A DNA stretch of 64,000 bases from an uncultured Planctomycetota bacterium (lineage in GTDB: Bacteria; Planctomycetota; Planctomycetia; Isosphaerales; Isosphaeraceae). How positions within the stretch are numbered: position 1 is the stretch's first letter; every line of letters begins with the position of its first letter. The stretch is from contig CAVTTN010000002.1 of NCBI GenBank assembly GCA_963737655.1, positions 6,496,001 through 6,560,000 of the forward strand. Reading direction: 5' to 3'. Shown piece by piece: positions 19,287-30,953 of this stretch. A program made the position numbers and the translations under genes. The notes under the pieces are model-generated. The model was given only the letters and a program-made list of their open reading frames with translations, did no database searches and was not told where the DNA came from.

Positions 19287-22200
19287 CTACCTCGCGATGG
19301 GGCGTGGTCCGTGTGCTCGATGGTTATTGGTTTTCGACACCGGAAGGACCCCTTGGGGCGTGGCGGCCCGCGCGACGACCCGGACCGCGGCGGCATGGGC
19401 GGCCTTGAGGGCGCTCTTGTGCGGGACCACGACGGTGTGCTTCTTGCCTGCGTTCGGGGTTCCGAGCGGGTGCTTGGGCGACGCGTCGCCGTTCGGGGCC
19501 TGCCACGTCGTGAAGACCTTCTGTTGGGACCCTTGGAGCCCGATGACGAAGTCGCCGCCCGGTTTGTTGTTGCCCGAGCCAAAATACCCGTAGAACTCGC
19601 CGTCGAGGGCGTTGCCCGCGACGTCACGCAGGCCGTTGCCGGACAGCGTGCCTGCCCCGTCCGCGGAGTCGATGGTCAGGAGGAAACGGCCGCTGCCGAG
19701 AGCCGTGCCGTTGTCGATCGCGATCGTCAAGGTCTGCCGGTCGGTCGGCAGAGACGCGGGGGTCGCCGACAGCGAGGTCATGGGGTAAGGCGACTTGGTT
19801 GTCGGGTGCCCCGGTGCATACGCGCCAAAATGGTAGTTCGCCTTGTCGACCAGGGCGGTCTGGTCAAGCCCGGAGCGGTCGTCGGCCGCGGTCACGATGA
19901 TTCGTCCCTGCTTCCGGTTGAACTGAAGGCTCAGGACCTTCGGCCCCACCGTGTCGATGACGAGCTGCTGCGGCACGTAGGCGACGGCCACCGTCTGGCC
20001 GGAGGCGTCCGTGGCGGTGACGCCGATCGTGTAGACGCCGTCCGCCAGCGGCGAGTTGATCGGCACCGTGAACCGGCCGTCGGCACCGGTGGTGGCATGA
20101 CCCACCGGCGTGCTCCCCGAGGCCGAGATCGCGAACAGTTGGATCGTCGAGCCGGGCTCGGACCCGCCGAAGAAGCTGGGCGTGTTGTCGTTGGTGATGC
20201 CGTCGGAGTTCGACACCCCGTGGTCGTCCGCCGGGTTGAGGATCACGGAGACGTTGATGGGGACATCCGCCACCGCCGCGGTTCCGGCGAGGGCCAGCCC
20301 CTGGCCGCCGTCGTCCTTGACCGTGACGCTGATCGGGAACATGCCCGTGCCGTTGGCGTGGGCATCCGCATAGGTGTGGCTGCCGGTGATGACGAAGGCG
20401 GTCCCGACACCCCCCGGCTGGCTGATGCCGCCGAGGCTGGTGGTGCCGTCGCCCCACGAAATCGTGGCGGTGAAGTCGCCGACCGAACTGGAGGGGTTGG
20501 TGTCGTGGAACGAGCCGACCAGGACGTTCGAGAGCGGGAGCCGTTCGGTCGCCGAGAGGTTCGGCGTCGCGACCGGGACGAGGGAGGCGTCGGAGACGAG
20601 CGCGACGTTCGCCGTCATGGCTCCCCCGGACGGGTTGTCCAGGTCGCTGATCGCAACGTGGACGACGTAGCTGCCTGGTTCGGCATACGTATGCGACGGG
20701 GCGAGCACGCTGTAGCCCGTGGCACCAGACCGGATGCTGCCTTCGACGGCCGGCGAGCTATCGCCCCAGTTGATCGTCGCCGCGAAGTTGCCGATCGGGG
20801 CCAGGTTGTCGCCGTGATCGAAGGTCGCGATGACCTGGCCGGCGACGGTGGCGAGCCCTTCCGTCGTCGAGATCGGCAAGGCCGTGGCGGCCGTGATCCG
20901 CGAGGCCAGGACCGTCGCCTGGGAAGTGATCGTCGTGCCCGCCCCGCCCGAATCATTGACGGTGACGGTCGCGGTGAACGTGCCCGCCCCGGCGTAGGTG
21001 TGGTTGCCGAAGACGCTAAAGCGCGCTCCGGCGCCGAGCCGCCGACCAGGACCACGTTGCCGGTCGAGGGGGCTGTGTCGTCGCCCCAGTCGATGGTGGC
21101 CAGGAAGTCGGCGGCTGACGCCGCCCGGTTGCCGTCGACGAAACTTCCGAGCGGCACGTTGACCAGCGGCGCGGCTTCGGCCGTCGTCACGGCGACGCCC
21201 GACGCACCGGAGAGGGGCGCGTCGAGGACGATGGCCAACGTATTCGTCTGGTCACGGTTGCCATCCGTGTCGACGACCGAGGTCCGGATGACGAACGATC
21301 CCTCCTCGGCATAAGTGTGGCTCCCCTGGACCACGAAGTTGCCCGAACCGTTGCCGGGCACGATGGTGCCGACGGACGGCAGGGTGTCGTCACCCCAATC
21401 GATCGTGGCGACGAAACCCGAGGTCGTCGCGCCCGGCGAGCTATCGGTGAACGTGGCGACGATCGCGCCGGTGAACCGCGTCCCTTCGATCGTATCGATC
21501 CGCGATCCCGGACTGAGCACCGGCAGGATGGGCGCGGCCGGCTTGACCGCCACGAGGTTGCCGCCGATCGCCGAGGACGGCGATTCGCTGATGGTCAGCT
21601 TCAACGCGTAGCTGCCCGGGTCGGCGTAGGTGTGGCCGACGCTGGAGGAGACACGGAAGCTCGTGCCACCCAGGGAGATGATCTCGACGGACTTATCGAC
21701 GGGCGACCCGTCTCCCCAATCGATGCTCGCCGAGTACTGGCCGACCGTATCGACCCCCAGGGCGTCGCTGAACGTCCCGATCACCGTCTCGGCGGGGATT
21801 GCGGTCCCTGCGGTCGCCGTCTGGGGCAGCACGGCCACGCTCAGGGTGGACTGGGCGACCGTCACGTTGGTCGATTCCGGGGCGATCGTCAGCGACTGTC
21901 CCCCGATGTCGTTGACCAGGACCATCGTCGCGAAGCTGCCCGGCGATTCGTACGTGTGCGAGCCGTACACCGCGAAGATCGCCCCGGCGGCGGTCCCGCC
22001 GATCCGCACGACCTGCATGTTGGTGTCGATGCCCGAGACATCGCCCCAGTCGATCGCCGCGACGAAGTCGGCCTCGGTCGCATTCGGGTTGGCGTCGACG
22101 AACGTCGCGACCGGGACCGAATACAGGGGCACGTGCTCGGCCGCAGAGACCGGGAGCGACTTGCCGGTCGTCAACGGCGCATCGAGGACCGAAGGGACCC

Positions 22201-25200
22201 GGGAAGTGGCGATGGACGTATTGTTATAGGCGTCGGTGACTCGGACGGTGATGGTGTAACCGTTCGGGCCCGCGTGGGCGTAGGTGTGGCCGCCACTGAC
22301 GATGAAGTCGGTGCCGACGCCGTCGGGCTGGGTGATTGTGCCGACGGTCGAGGGCGTGCCGTCGCCCCAGTCGATCACGGCGGCGAAATCACTAGCGCTA
22401 GCGGTGGGATCGCCGGAGGTGAAGCTGGCGACCTGAGTTGCCACCGGGATTGGCTGCCCCTCGGTCGCGCCGATCGCGCCGGCGGTGGAAGCCGTCAGCG
22501 AGGCGGCGGTCACCACCGCCGAGCCGTTTCCGATGCCGAAGATTGCGAAGGTGTCGGCGACATAAACCGTGATGGGATAAATCCCGGGCTTGGCGTAGGT
22601 GTGCGTGGGCGCGGAGATGGAGTACATGCCATCCGTCATAAACATTGGGTCGATTGTAGCCGGCGTGGATTGGCCGTCGCCCCAGTCGACAAAGGCTTGA
22701 TAGTTCTCCACGGGATCGGCTCCGCCCGCGTCGAAGAAGACGCCGACGGTCTGGTCGGGGGTCGGCGTGGCGGCGACGGCGCTGATCGAGAGGACCGAGA
22801 CCGACAACGGAGTCAGCGTGATCGACGCGGTCGTGTCGATCGTCGTGGTCTCGCCGCCCGAATCGGTCACGGTGATGGTCACCATGTAATGCAAGTCAGT
22901 CACCGACGTGTAGACGTGCGAGCCGCTGACGGCGAACTTCGCGTTGCTCGCCGTGCCCCCGACCAGGGTGGCGAAGCCGGTATCGGCGGGCGTCCCGTCG
23001 CCCCAGTCGATCGAAACGGTGAAGTCGGCGGCCGTGGCGAGCGGGTTGCCGTCGAGGAAGGTGCCGAGCGGGATGTTGGAGAGCTGCTGGCCCTCGGCCG
23101 CCTGGAAGGGGAAGGCGGTCGGGCTGCTCAATGGCGCGTCGGCGACCGAGGTGATCTGGGTCGTCGCGACGGACGCGTTGTTGAAGGCGTCGGTCACCCT
23201 CACAGTCACCGTGTAGCCGCCCGCCGTCTCGTGGGCGTAGGTGTGACCGCCGTCGACGAGGAATGCGGTGCCGACGCCGCCGGGCTGGGTGATGGTGCCG
23301 ATGGTCGAGGGCGTGCCGTCGCCCCAGTCGATCACGGCGCTGAAGCCGGCGACGGCGGCGGTCGGGTCACCCGAGAGGAATCTGGCGACCTGGGTTGAGC
23401 CAGGCAGCGGCTGTCCTTCGACTGCGCCAGTGATCGGGTTGCCGTCGAAGACCGTCAGCGAGGCGGCGGCGACCACAGCCAGACCATTTCCGCTGCCCGA
23501 AGTCGTGCCGGAGTCATCGACGGTGACCGTGGTGGGATAGAGTCCCGGCCTGGCATAAGTGTGCGCCGGCGCGTTGACGTTGAACAGGCCCGGTTGACCG
23601 GGGACGGCCGTGATCGTGACCGCCTCGGACGTGTCGTCGCTGGTGCCATCGCCCCAGTGGACGGTTGCCGAATAGTTCCCCACGGGATCGGCACCACCGG
23701 CGTCGAAGAAGGTGGCGATGACCTGACTGGCGGTCGGGGTGGCGGCGACGGCGTTGATCGAGAGGACCGAGACCGAAAGCGGTGTCTGCGTGACCGTCGC
23801 GGCCGTGTTGATGGTCGTGGTCGCGCCTCCCGAATCCGTCACCGAGACGGTGACCGCGTACGGCGAGCCCGCCGCCGAGGCATAGACGTGCGAGCCGCCG
23901 ACGGCGAACTTGGCGTTGCTCGCCGAGCCGCCCACCAGGGTGGCGAAGCCGGGATCGCTGGTGGTGCCGTCGCCCCAGTTGATCGACACGGCGAAATCGG
24001 CGGCCGAGGCCAGCGGGTTGCCATCGAGGAAGGTGCCGAGCGCGATGTTCGAGAGCTGCTGACCTTCACCCGCCCAGATCGGGAACCCCGTCGGGCCGCT
24101 CAGCGCCGCGTCGGTGACCGTGATGGAGGTGGTATGCGCGGCCGTCGAGCCGTTGAGATCGGCCACGTCGACGCTGAGGGTGTAAGGGGTGCCGCTGGTG
24201 TGTTCGGGGTAGGTATGGATGCCGCTCACGGTGTAGGTGGCACCGCTCTTGACGATCGTGCCGAGGCTCGAAGGACTGCCGTCGCCCCACGAAATCGTGG
24301 CGGTAAATTCGGCGGCGGTGGAATTGGGGTTGCCGTCGGTGAAGGTCATCAGTGCGATGGCACCGGTGAAGTTCACCCGGGCCCCCTCGGTGACCGACGC
24401 CGACGCGATCCCGCCGGTGGTCGTCAGAGGGGCGTCGGCAACGGTCGCGATATTGCCGCCAAGTCCGGTGGACGTCCCGTTGACGACGGTGAGCTTCAGA
24501 GCGTAGGTGCCGGGCGTGGCGTAGGTGTGCCCGTTTCCGGTATCGACCCGGAAGGCCGAACCGCCCAGGGCGGTGATGACGACGGACGTGTCGGGGGCCG
24601 ATCCGTCACCCCAATCGAGCGAGGCCGAGTAGTTGCCTACCGGATCGGCTCCGGCGAGGTCGAGGAAGGTCCCGACGGCCGTTCCCGAGAGGATGGCGGT
24701 CGCCTCGGTCGCCGTCTGAGGCAACGCGGTCACGCTCAGGGCTGACTGCATGACGTTCGCGTTCTCCGAGCCCGGCGTGATGGTGAGGGTCGAGCCGTCC
24801 TGATCCGCCACGTTGACGACGATCGAGTAGGAACCCGCCGCGTCGTAGGTGTGCGTCCCATAGACCGCGAAAATCGTCCCCGAGCCACCGCCGCCGACGA
24901 GGACCACCTCGGCGTTGGAATCGATGCCTGAATCATCCCCCCATTCGATCGTGGCGGTGAAGTCGGTCGCGGTCGCAAACGGGTTGGTGTCGACGAACGT
25001 CCCGACCGGGATGGACACCAGCGGCTGATGCACGACCGACGAGACCGGCAGCGGCGTGCCCGTGGTCAGCGGGGCGTCGGCGACCGAGGTGACCGGGGTG
25101 ATGGCGACGGACGAGTTGTTGAAGGCGTCGGTCACCCGCACGGTGACGGAGTAGCCGCCTTCGGCCCCGCGCAAGTAAGTGTGGCCGCCGCTGACGAGGA

Positions 25201-27813
25201 ACGTCGTGCCGACGCCGCCGGGCTGGGTGATGGTGCCGATCGTCGAGGGCGTGCCGTCCCCCCAGTCGATCACGGCGCTGAAACCGGTGATGGCGGCGGT
25301 CGGGTCACCCGAGAGGAAGCTGGCGACCTGGGTCTGGGGGGCGAGCGGCTGCCCTTCGACTGCGTCAGCAATCGGGATTCCGTCGGAGGCCGTCAGCGAG
25401 GCGGCAGCGACCAGGGCGAACCCATTGCCGCTGCCCGACGTCGTGCCCGAGTCAACGACAGACACGCTGATGGGATAGAGCCCGGGCGTGGCGTAGGTAT
25501 GTGCCGGAACGGTGACGGTGAACAGGCCCGGCTGCCCGGAGACGGCGGAGATCGAGACATCCGGGAGCGTGTTGCTGGTGCCGTCGCCCCAGCTCACGAA
25601 CGCGGAGTAGTTGCCCACCGGATCATTACCGCCGGCGTCGAAGAAGGTGGCGATGACCTGGCTGGAGGTCGGGGTGGCGGCGACGGCGTTGATCGGCCTG
25701 GCGTAGACCGAAAGCGGCGTCTGCGTGACCGTCGCGGCCGTGTTGATGGTCGTGGTCGCGCCTCCCGAATCGGTCACCGAGACCGTCACCGCGTACGGCG
25801 AGCCCGCCGCCGAGGCATAGACGTGCGAGCCGCTCACGGCGAACTTGGCGTTGCTCGCCGAGCCCCCGACCAGGGTGGCGAAGCCGGGATCGCTGGTGGT
25901 GCCGTCGCCCCAGTTGATCGACACGGCGAAATCGGCGGCCGTGGCGAGCGGGTTGCCGTCGAGGAAGGTGCCGAGCGGGATGTTGGAGAGCTGCTGGCCC
26001 TCGGCCGCCTGGAAGGGGAAGGCGGTCGGGCCGCTGAGTGCCGCGTCGGTCACCGTGATGGCCGATGTGTGCGTGGCCGTCGAGCCCGCGAGGCTGGTCA
26101 CGGTCACGCGGAGGGTGTAGGGCGTGCCGGTGGTGTGCTCGGGGTAGGTGTGGATGCCGCTCACGGTGTAGGTGGCACCGCTCTTGACGATGGTGCCGAG
26201 AGTCGCCGGCGAGCCGTCTCCCCAGGAGACCGAGGCAGTAAATCCGGCGGCGGTGGAATTCGGATCGCTATCGGTGTAAGTCATCAGGGCGATGGCGCCG
26301 GTGAAGTTCACCCGGGCCCCTCGGTGACCGACGCCGACGCGATCCCTCCGGTGGTCGTCAGAGTGGAGGCGGCGGCTCCGGAGACGAGTGCGAGGCCGTT
26401 TCCGATGCCCGAGGTCGGGTCAGAGTCATTGACCGAGACCGTGAGCGGATAGAGCCCGGACGCGGCATACGTGTGCGCCGGCGCGTTGACGTTGAACAGG
26501 CCCGGTTGCCCGGAGACGGCGGTGATCGTGACGGCTCCGGTCGTGTCGTCGCTCGTGCCGTCGCCCCAGAGAACGTTGGCGGAGTAGTTGCCCACCGGAT
26601 CGGCGCCACCGGCGTCGAAGAAGGTGGCGATGACCTGGCTGGAGGTCGGGGTGGCGGCGACGGCGTTCATGGAGAGGACCGAGACCGAAAGCGGCGTCTG
26701 CGTGACCGTCGCGGCCGAGTTGATGGTCGTGGTCGCGCCTCCCGAATCCGTCACCGAGACCGTCACCGCGTACGGCGAGCCCGCCGCCGAGGCATAGACG
26801 TGCGAGCCGCTCACGGCGAACTTGGCGTTGCTCGCCGAGCCGCCCACCAGGGTGGCGAAGCCGGGATCGCTGGTGGTGCCGTCGCCCCAGTTGATCGACA
26901 CGGCGAAATCGGCGGCCGTGGCGAGTGGGTTGCCGTCGAGGAAGGTGCCGAGCGGGATGTTGGAGAGCTGCTGGCCCTCGGCCGCCTGGAAGGGGAAGGC
27001 GGTCGGGCCGCTGAGTGCCGCGTCGGTCACCGTGATGGCCGATGTGTGCGTGGCCGTCGAGCCTCCGAGGTCAGTCACGGTCACGCGGAGGGTGTAGGGC
27101 GTGCCGGTGGTGTGCTCGGGGTAGGTATGGATGCCGCTCACGGTGTAGGTGGCACCGCTCTTGACGATCGTGCCGAGACTACTGGGGCTGCCATCGCCCC
27201 AGGAGATCGAGGCGCCGAATTCGGCGGCGGTCGAGTTAGGGTTGCCGTCGGTGAAGGTCATCAGGGCGATGGCGCCGGTGAAGTTCACCCGGGCCCCCTC
27301 GGTGACCGACGCCGACGCGATCCCGCCGGTGGTCGTCAGAGGGGCGTCCTCGACCACTGTGCTGCTGGTGATGAGGCCGTTGGTGGAGTCGGATTCGTCG
27401 GAGACCGTCACCGTGATCGGCTGGGAGCTGCTGCCGGTCTCCTCGGGAAAGGTGGTTCCACCCGTGACGCTGTACTGGGGCACGGCCCCCACGTTCGGCA
27501 CGAAGACGCTGCCGATCAGATTGATCGTGCCGACGGACGAAGTCGGCGTGGCCGTCGGCCCCCAGTTGATCGTCGCCGACAGGCCGCCGAGGGCGGAAGA
27601 GCTGGCGAACGTCCCGACCACCGCGCCGGCGAACGCCGTCCCTTCGACCGGGCTGGGCGCCATGATCACCCCGATCGGGTTGTCAATGGTCAGCAAGCAG
27701 CGATCTTCCAGTCGCTCGAGGAGGAACCGTCCACGACACTTCGTCGGATGACCGACCGAATTCCTCGTCGTCCGACCCTTCGCCTTCTGTGACTTGCCTT
27801 GACCCTGCGTCAT
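19287..27813 (-). CDS. Giant (~2,840 aa) PKD/Ig-like repeat surface adhesin with LExRxLL N-terminal motif (frameshifts ~26318 and ~21035)
   Basis: ERLEDRCLLT near the N-terminus; many 'A.I.WGDG...HTY...G.Y...V.V.D' repeats; Big-like NDNTPSF domain; C-terminal LRDVAGNALDGEF. Confidence 0.88.
23699..27348 (-). repeat. Three near-identical ~730-bp intragenic repeats in the adhesin
   Basis: Copies at about 23699-24436, 25634-26362 and 26611-27348, with long identical DNA stretches. Confidence 0.85.
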
Positions 27814-28276
27814 CGCCGTGACTCCCTGGAGATCCGCCAGCCTGGAACCGCAAATCCTCGCGAACCGCGCGACGAACCACCCGGAGCGAGCGAAGCTCGT
27901 TCGTCGAGAAAGTGGTATTGCGTCCGACGCGCAGAGGCTCAGACGATCAACCGATTGGCAGGTGTAGCCCCTGGGCCACGCGCTCGGTGTTTCGGGGCCG
28001 ACTCTGTTCGGTTCGCGGGCACTTAGGGGGAATCTAGAACAAGGATTGTCACGGGCCAGCTAATTAATTAATAGCGGATATGAATGCATGTTTTGTGCAA
28101 CTTCTTCGATAAATACCCTCAAGCTTCCCTGAACTCCGACATCCAAGAGAGGCAGAGAATGGCAGGGTTACGGTCTAGCGCCTTCGGAATTGGCGAGGAA
28201 ATCTGGAATTCCTGCAAACCATCAAACACGCAACGCGATTTTCTAAAGCATTGTGTCAAAGAAAGTTGTGTCACGC

Positions 28277-28340
28277 GGGCGAGCAATCCTCCGCCTGCTT
28301 CACACGCAGGATGTCGGGGGTTCGAGTCCCTCATCGCTCA
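28277..28340 (+). pseudogene. tRNA-Val(CAC)-like remnant lacking the D arm (att-like)
   Basis: CCTGC-TTCACAC-GCAGG-ATGTC-GGGGG-TTCGAGT-CCCTC-ATCGCTC-A; 5' GGGCGA can pair; D arm replaced by a short linker. Confidence 0.75.
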
Positions 28341-28721
28341 TCGCAACCCTTGATTTGACAAGGATTTGCCGCCGTTCGTCGGCCGCCAGGGCACCTGCTC
28401 TCAGGCCAATCGGCTGGCCCGTAGAGGAGGGCCCTCGCCGATTGGGGCGCGAGAGGTGCGATCGACCTAGCGTGGTCGTTGCCAATTACCGGTCGGTCCG
28501 CACGCGGCTCAGGCGTGACACCGATCGATCCGACGTTCAAACTCTTGGCCAAATGTTGATATTACGAATGTGTCCCGATGCGACGCACGATCGCCGCAAG
28601 TTGCCCCGCCTCGGCGCTCATCGCTGTGACCACAGGTCGCGGCATGGTTACAATCGCTGCCGGCGACGGGTGGCGATCTACGTTGGACTACCCCCGATGC
28701 GCCACGATCTCGGAGTCAACC

Positions 28722-29117
28722 ATGAAGGCGATCCTCTCGATGGCGTTGGTCCTCGGGGCATCCGGCCTGGCGGGCGCGACGGACGACAAGGTGGCCGATC
28801 CGGTCGGGACGTGGAAGTGCAGTTATGAGATCGGCGATCAGAAGCGGACGTCCACCCTGACGCTCAAGAAGGAGGGGGACGCGATCGTCGGCACCATGAC
28901 CTGGCCGGACCAGAAGGACGAGAAGCTCAAGGACCCGAAATTCAAGGACGGGAAGCTGACGTTCTCCGCGGTGAGGAAGTTCATGGAGAACGAGATCCCC
29001 ATCGACTACACCCTGACGATCGACGGGGACAAGCTCAAGGGGAAGGGGGAGGCGGAGTTCGGGGGCCAGAAGCAGGAGTTCGACATCGAGGGCGAGCGCG
29101 AGAAGAAGGACAAGTAA
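28722..29117 (+). CDS. Secreted hypothetical protein (small beta-rich domain, 'DPVGTW' type)
   Basis: GGAG RBS; signal peptide; K/E-rich beta-strand domain. Confidence 0.8.
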   Translation: MKAILSMALVLGASGLAGATDDKVADPVGTWKCSYEIGDQKRTSTLTLKKEGDAIVGTMTWPDQKDEKLKDPKFKDGKLTFSAVRKFMENEIPIDYTLTIDGDKLKGKGEAEFGGQKQEFDIEGEREKKDK

Positions 29118-29375
29118 GCGTCGCGGAGTCCAAAGGGTTCCGAGGGCGGATGGACGAAGCGGGCCGAGCTTCGGTACCCCGATGCGGGGTCCCCTTTGCC
29201 CGCTTCGGTGTCGTCGCCCGAAGTGGCTTCCGATCCAGCGGTTTCGGCCCGTCGGGCCGAACCGAGCGAGCCGAGGTCAGCTGGCGCGCCGCTTCCCCGC
29301 TCGTCCCGGAACGACGATGGGCGGGGACGCCGCCTCGCTCGTCGATCCGGGCTTCGTGCGGTCGGCCCGGCCCGC

Positions 29376-30950
29376 TCAGGGCGAGGCCAGGGCGTCCAGG
29401 ACGGCATCGAAGGCGGGCTTGGGCTTGAGGGCCCGGTCCCAGAGCAGCGGGTGATTGGTGCGGCCGGCGACCGGCCAGGAGTTCAGCCAGGATGCGCCGT
29501 CGTGAGGGCCCCAGAAGGTCACTCGCGTGACCACGCCGGGGTGCTTCCGGACCGCCCGGAACAGACGCCCGTAGAAGCGGGCCTGGGCCTCGGCCACCTC
29601 CGGCGGTAGGCCGTCCCGATACGGGTTGGCCCCGCCCTGCTCGCGGGCCGCGACGTCGGCGCCGCCGTCGCGACGCGGTAAGACATCCACATCCAGCTCG
29701 GTGATCATGACCTTCACGCCCTCGGCCGCGTAGGCCGCGATCGCGCGGTCGAGCCGATCGGGGGCGTCGGCGTCGGCGAGCTTCATGTGGCACTGGAGCC
29801 CGACCCCGTCGAGGCGCACGCCCCGGGCCTTCAGCTCGCGGATCAGGCGGATCGTCTTCTCGAGCTTCTCGGGCTGCTCGTTGCTGTAGTCGTTGTAATA
29901 CAGCTCGGCGTCGGGGTCGGCCGCGTGCGCGAGCTCGAATGCCTTGACGATGTAGTCGTCGCCGATCGCGCGGCGAGCCGGCGTGTTGCGGAGGTATTCG
30001 CCCTTCGCGTCGCCGATCGCCTCATTGACCACGTCCCAGCCGATCACCTTGCCCTTGAAGTGGCCCATGACGGCGTCGATGTGGTCCTTGAGATTCTTCA
30101 GGGCCTCGTCGCGTGGCAGCGGCTTGCCGTCCGGGCCTCGGAACAGGAAGGCGGGCGACTGGCTGTGCCAGCAGAGGGTGTGGCCGACGACCTTCATGCG
30201 ATGGCGTTGGGCGAAGTCGACGATCTTGTCTGCCGGGGTGAAACGGAACTCGCCCGGCCGCGGGTGCAGGGAGATCGGCTTGAACTCGTTCTCGGCGGTG
30301 AGGCAGTCGAACTGTTCGGCGATCAGCGCCGCCAGGGGCGGGTTGTCCAGCTGCCGCGACGAGACCGCCGTGCCGACGAGGAATCGGCCCTTCGCGGCCT
30401 CTCGCAGGGACCGCGGCGCCGCGTCGTCCCCCGCCGTGGCGCGGACCTCCTCGCAGGCGAGGTAGCCGCCCGGAGGCGCTCCCGAGAAGCGGACGCAGGC
30501 GATGGCCGACGCCTTCACGGCCATCTCGAAGCTGGGGATCGGCTGCTCCGGCCCGGTCCGCTCCGGCACCCTGTCCCGGGATGCCCGGTCCAGGAGCTTC
30601 CCGTCGGCGTCGAACGCCTCGACGACCGCCTGGCTGCCGATCGAGCCCCAGAGCACGAGGGTGACGGCCGTCACCGGCTTCGGGAAGCGGACATCGACCG
30701 GGATCGACTCGTCCGCCATCGCGTTGAGGAGGCCCTTCCTCGGCGTCTTCAGGTGGGGGAAGAACATCACCTTCCCGGCGGCGCGGTTCCTGGTCGGCGG
30801 GCGCGACGGGGCGAACACGACGCCCTGCTCCTCGTAGCTCGGCATCGGCTTGCCGGCCTGGGCAGCGTCGAAGGTGATGAGAGTCGGGCCGTCGGCGGGC
30901 GCCCCGAGGCTGCCGAGGACTACCAGGGCGATCGAGAGGGCGTGCGTCAT
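29376..30950 (-). CDS. GH10 endo-1,4-beta-xylanase with an extra ~170 aa N-terminal domain
   Basis: TAENEFK, GHTLCWHSQ, WDVVNE (acid/base), YYNDY, GLQCH, ITELD (nucleophile). Confidence 0.92.
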   Translation of the reverse strand: MTHALSIALVVLGSLGAPADGPTLITFDAAQAGKPMPSYEEQGVVFAPSRPPTRNRAAGKVMFFPHLKTPRKGLLNAMADESIPVDVRFPKPVTAVTLVLWGSIGSQAVVEAFDADGKLLDRASRDRVPERTGPEQPIPSFEMAVKASAIACVRFSGAPPGGYLACEEVRATAGDDAAPRSLREAAKGRFLVGTAVSSRQLDNPPLAALIAEQFDCLTAENEFKPISLHPRPGEFRFTPADKIVDFAQRHRMKVVGHTLCWHSQSPAFLFRGPDGKPLPRDEALKNLKDHIDAVMGHFKGKVIGWDVVNEAIGDAKGEYLRNTPARRAIGDDYIVKAFELAHAADPDAELYYNDYSNEQPEKLEKTIRLIRELKARGVRLDGVGLQCHMKLADADAPDRLDRAIAAYAAEGVKVMITELDVDVLPRRDGGADVAAREQGGANPYRDGLPPEVAEAQARFYGRLFRAVRKHPGVVTRVTFWGPHDGASWLNSWPVAGRTNHPLLWDRALKPKPAFDAVLDALASP

Positions 30951-30953
30951 GGC

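Noticed and set aside
23699..27348. Diversity-generating retroelement template/variable repeats
   Set aside because: Repeats are long and all in frame within one gene, the differences I checked are not adenine-specific, and there is no reverse transcriptase in the window
28243..28270. Third copy of the 11-6-11 site (CTAAAGCATTGTGTCAAAGAAAGTTGTG)
   Set aside because: Arm symmetry and similarity to the other two sites are too weak to support by eye
18740..28720. Prophage or integrase-bearing ICE at tRNA-Val
   Set aside because: No integrase, phage or conjugation genes are visible
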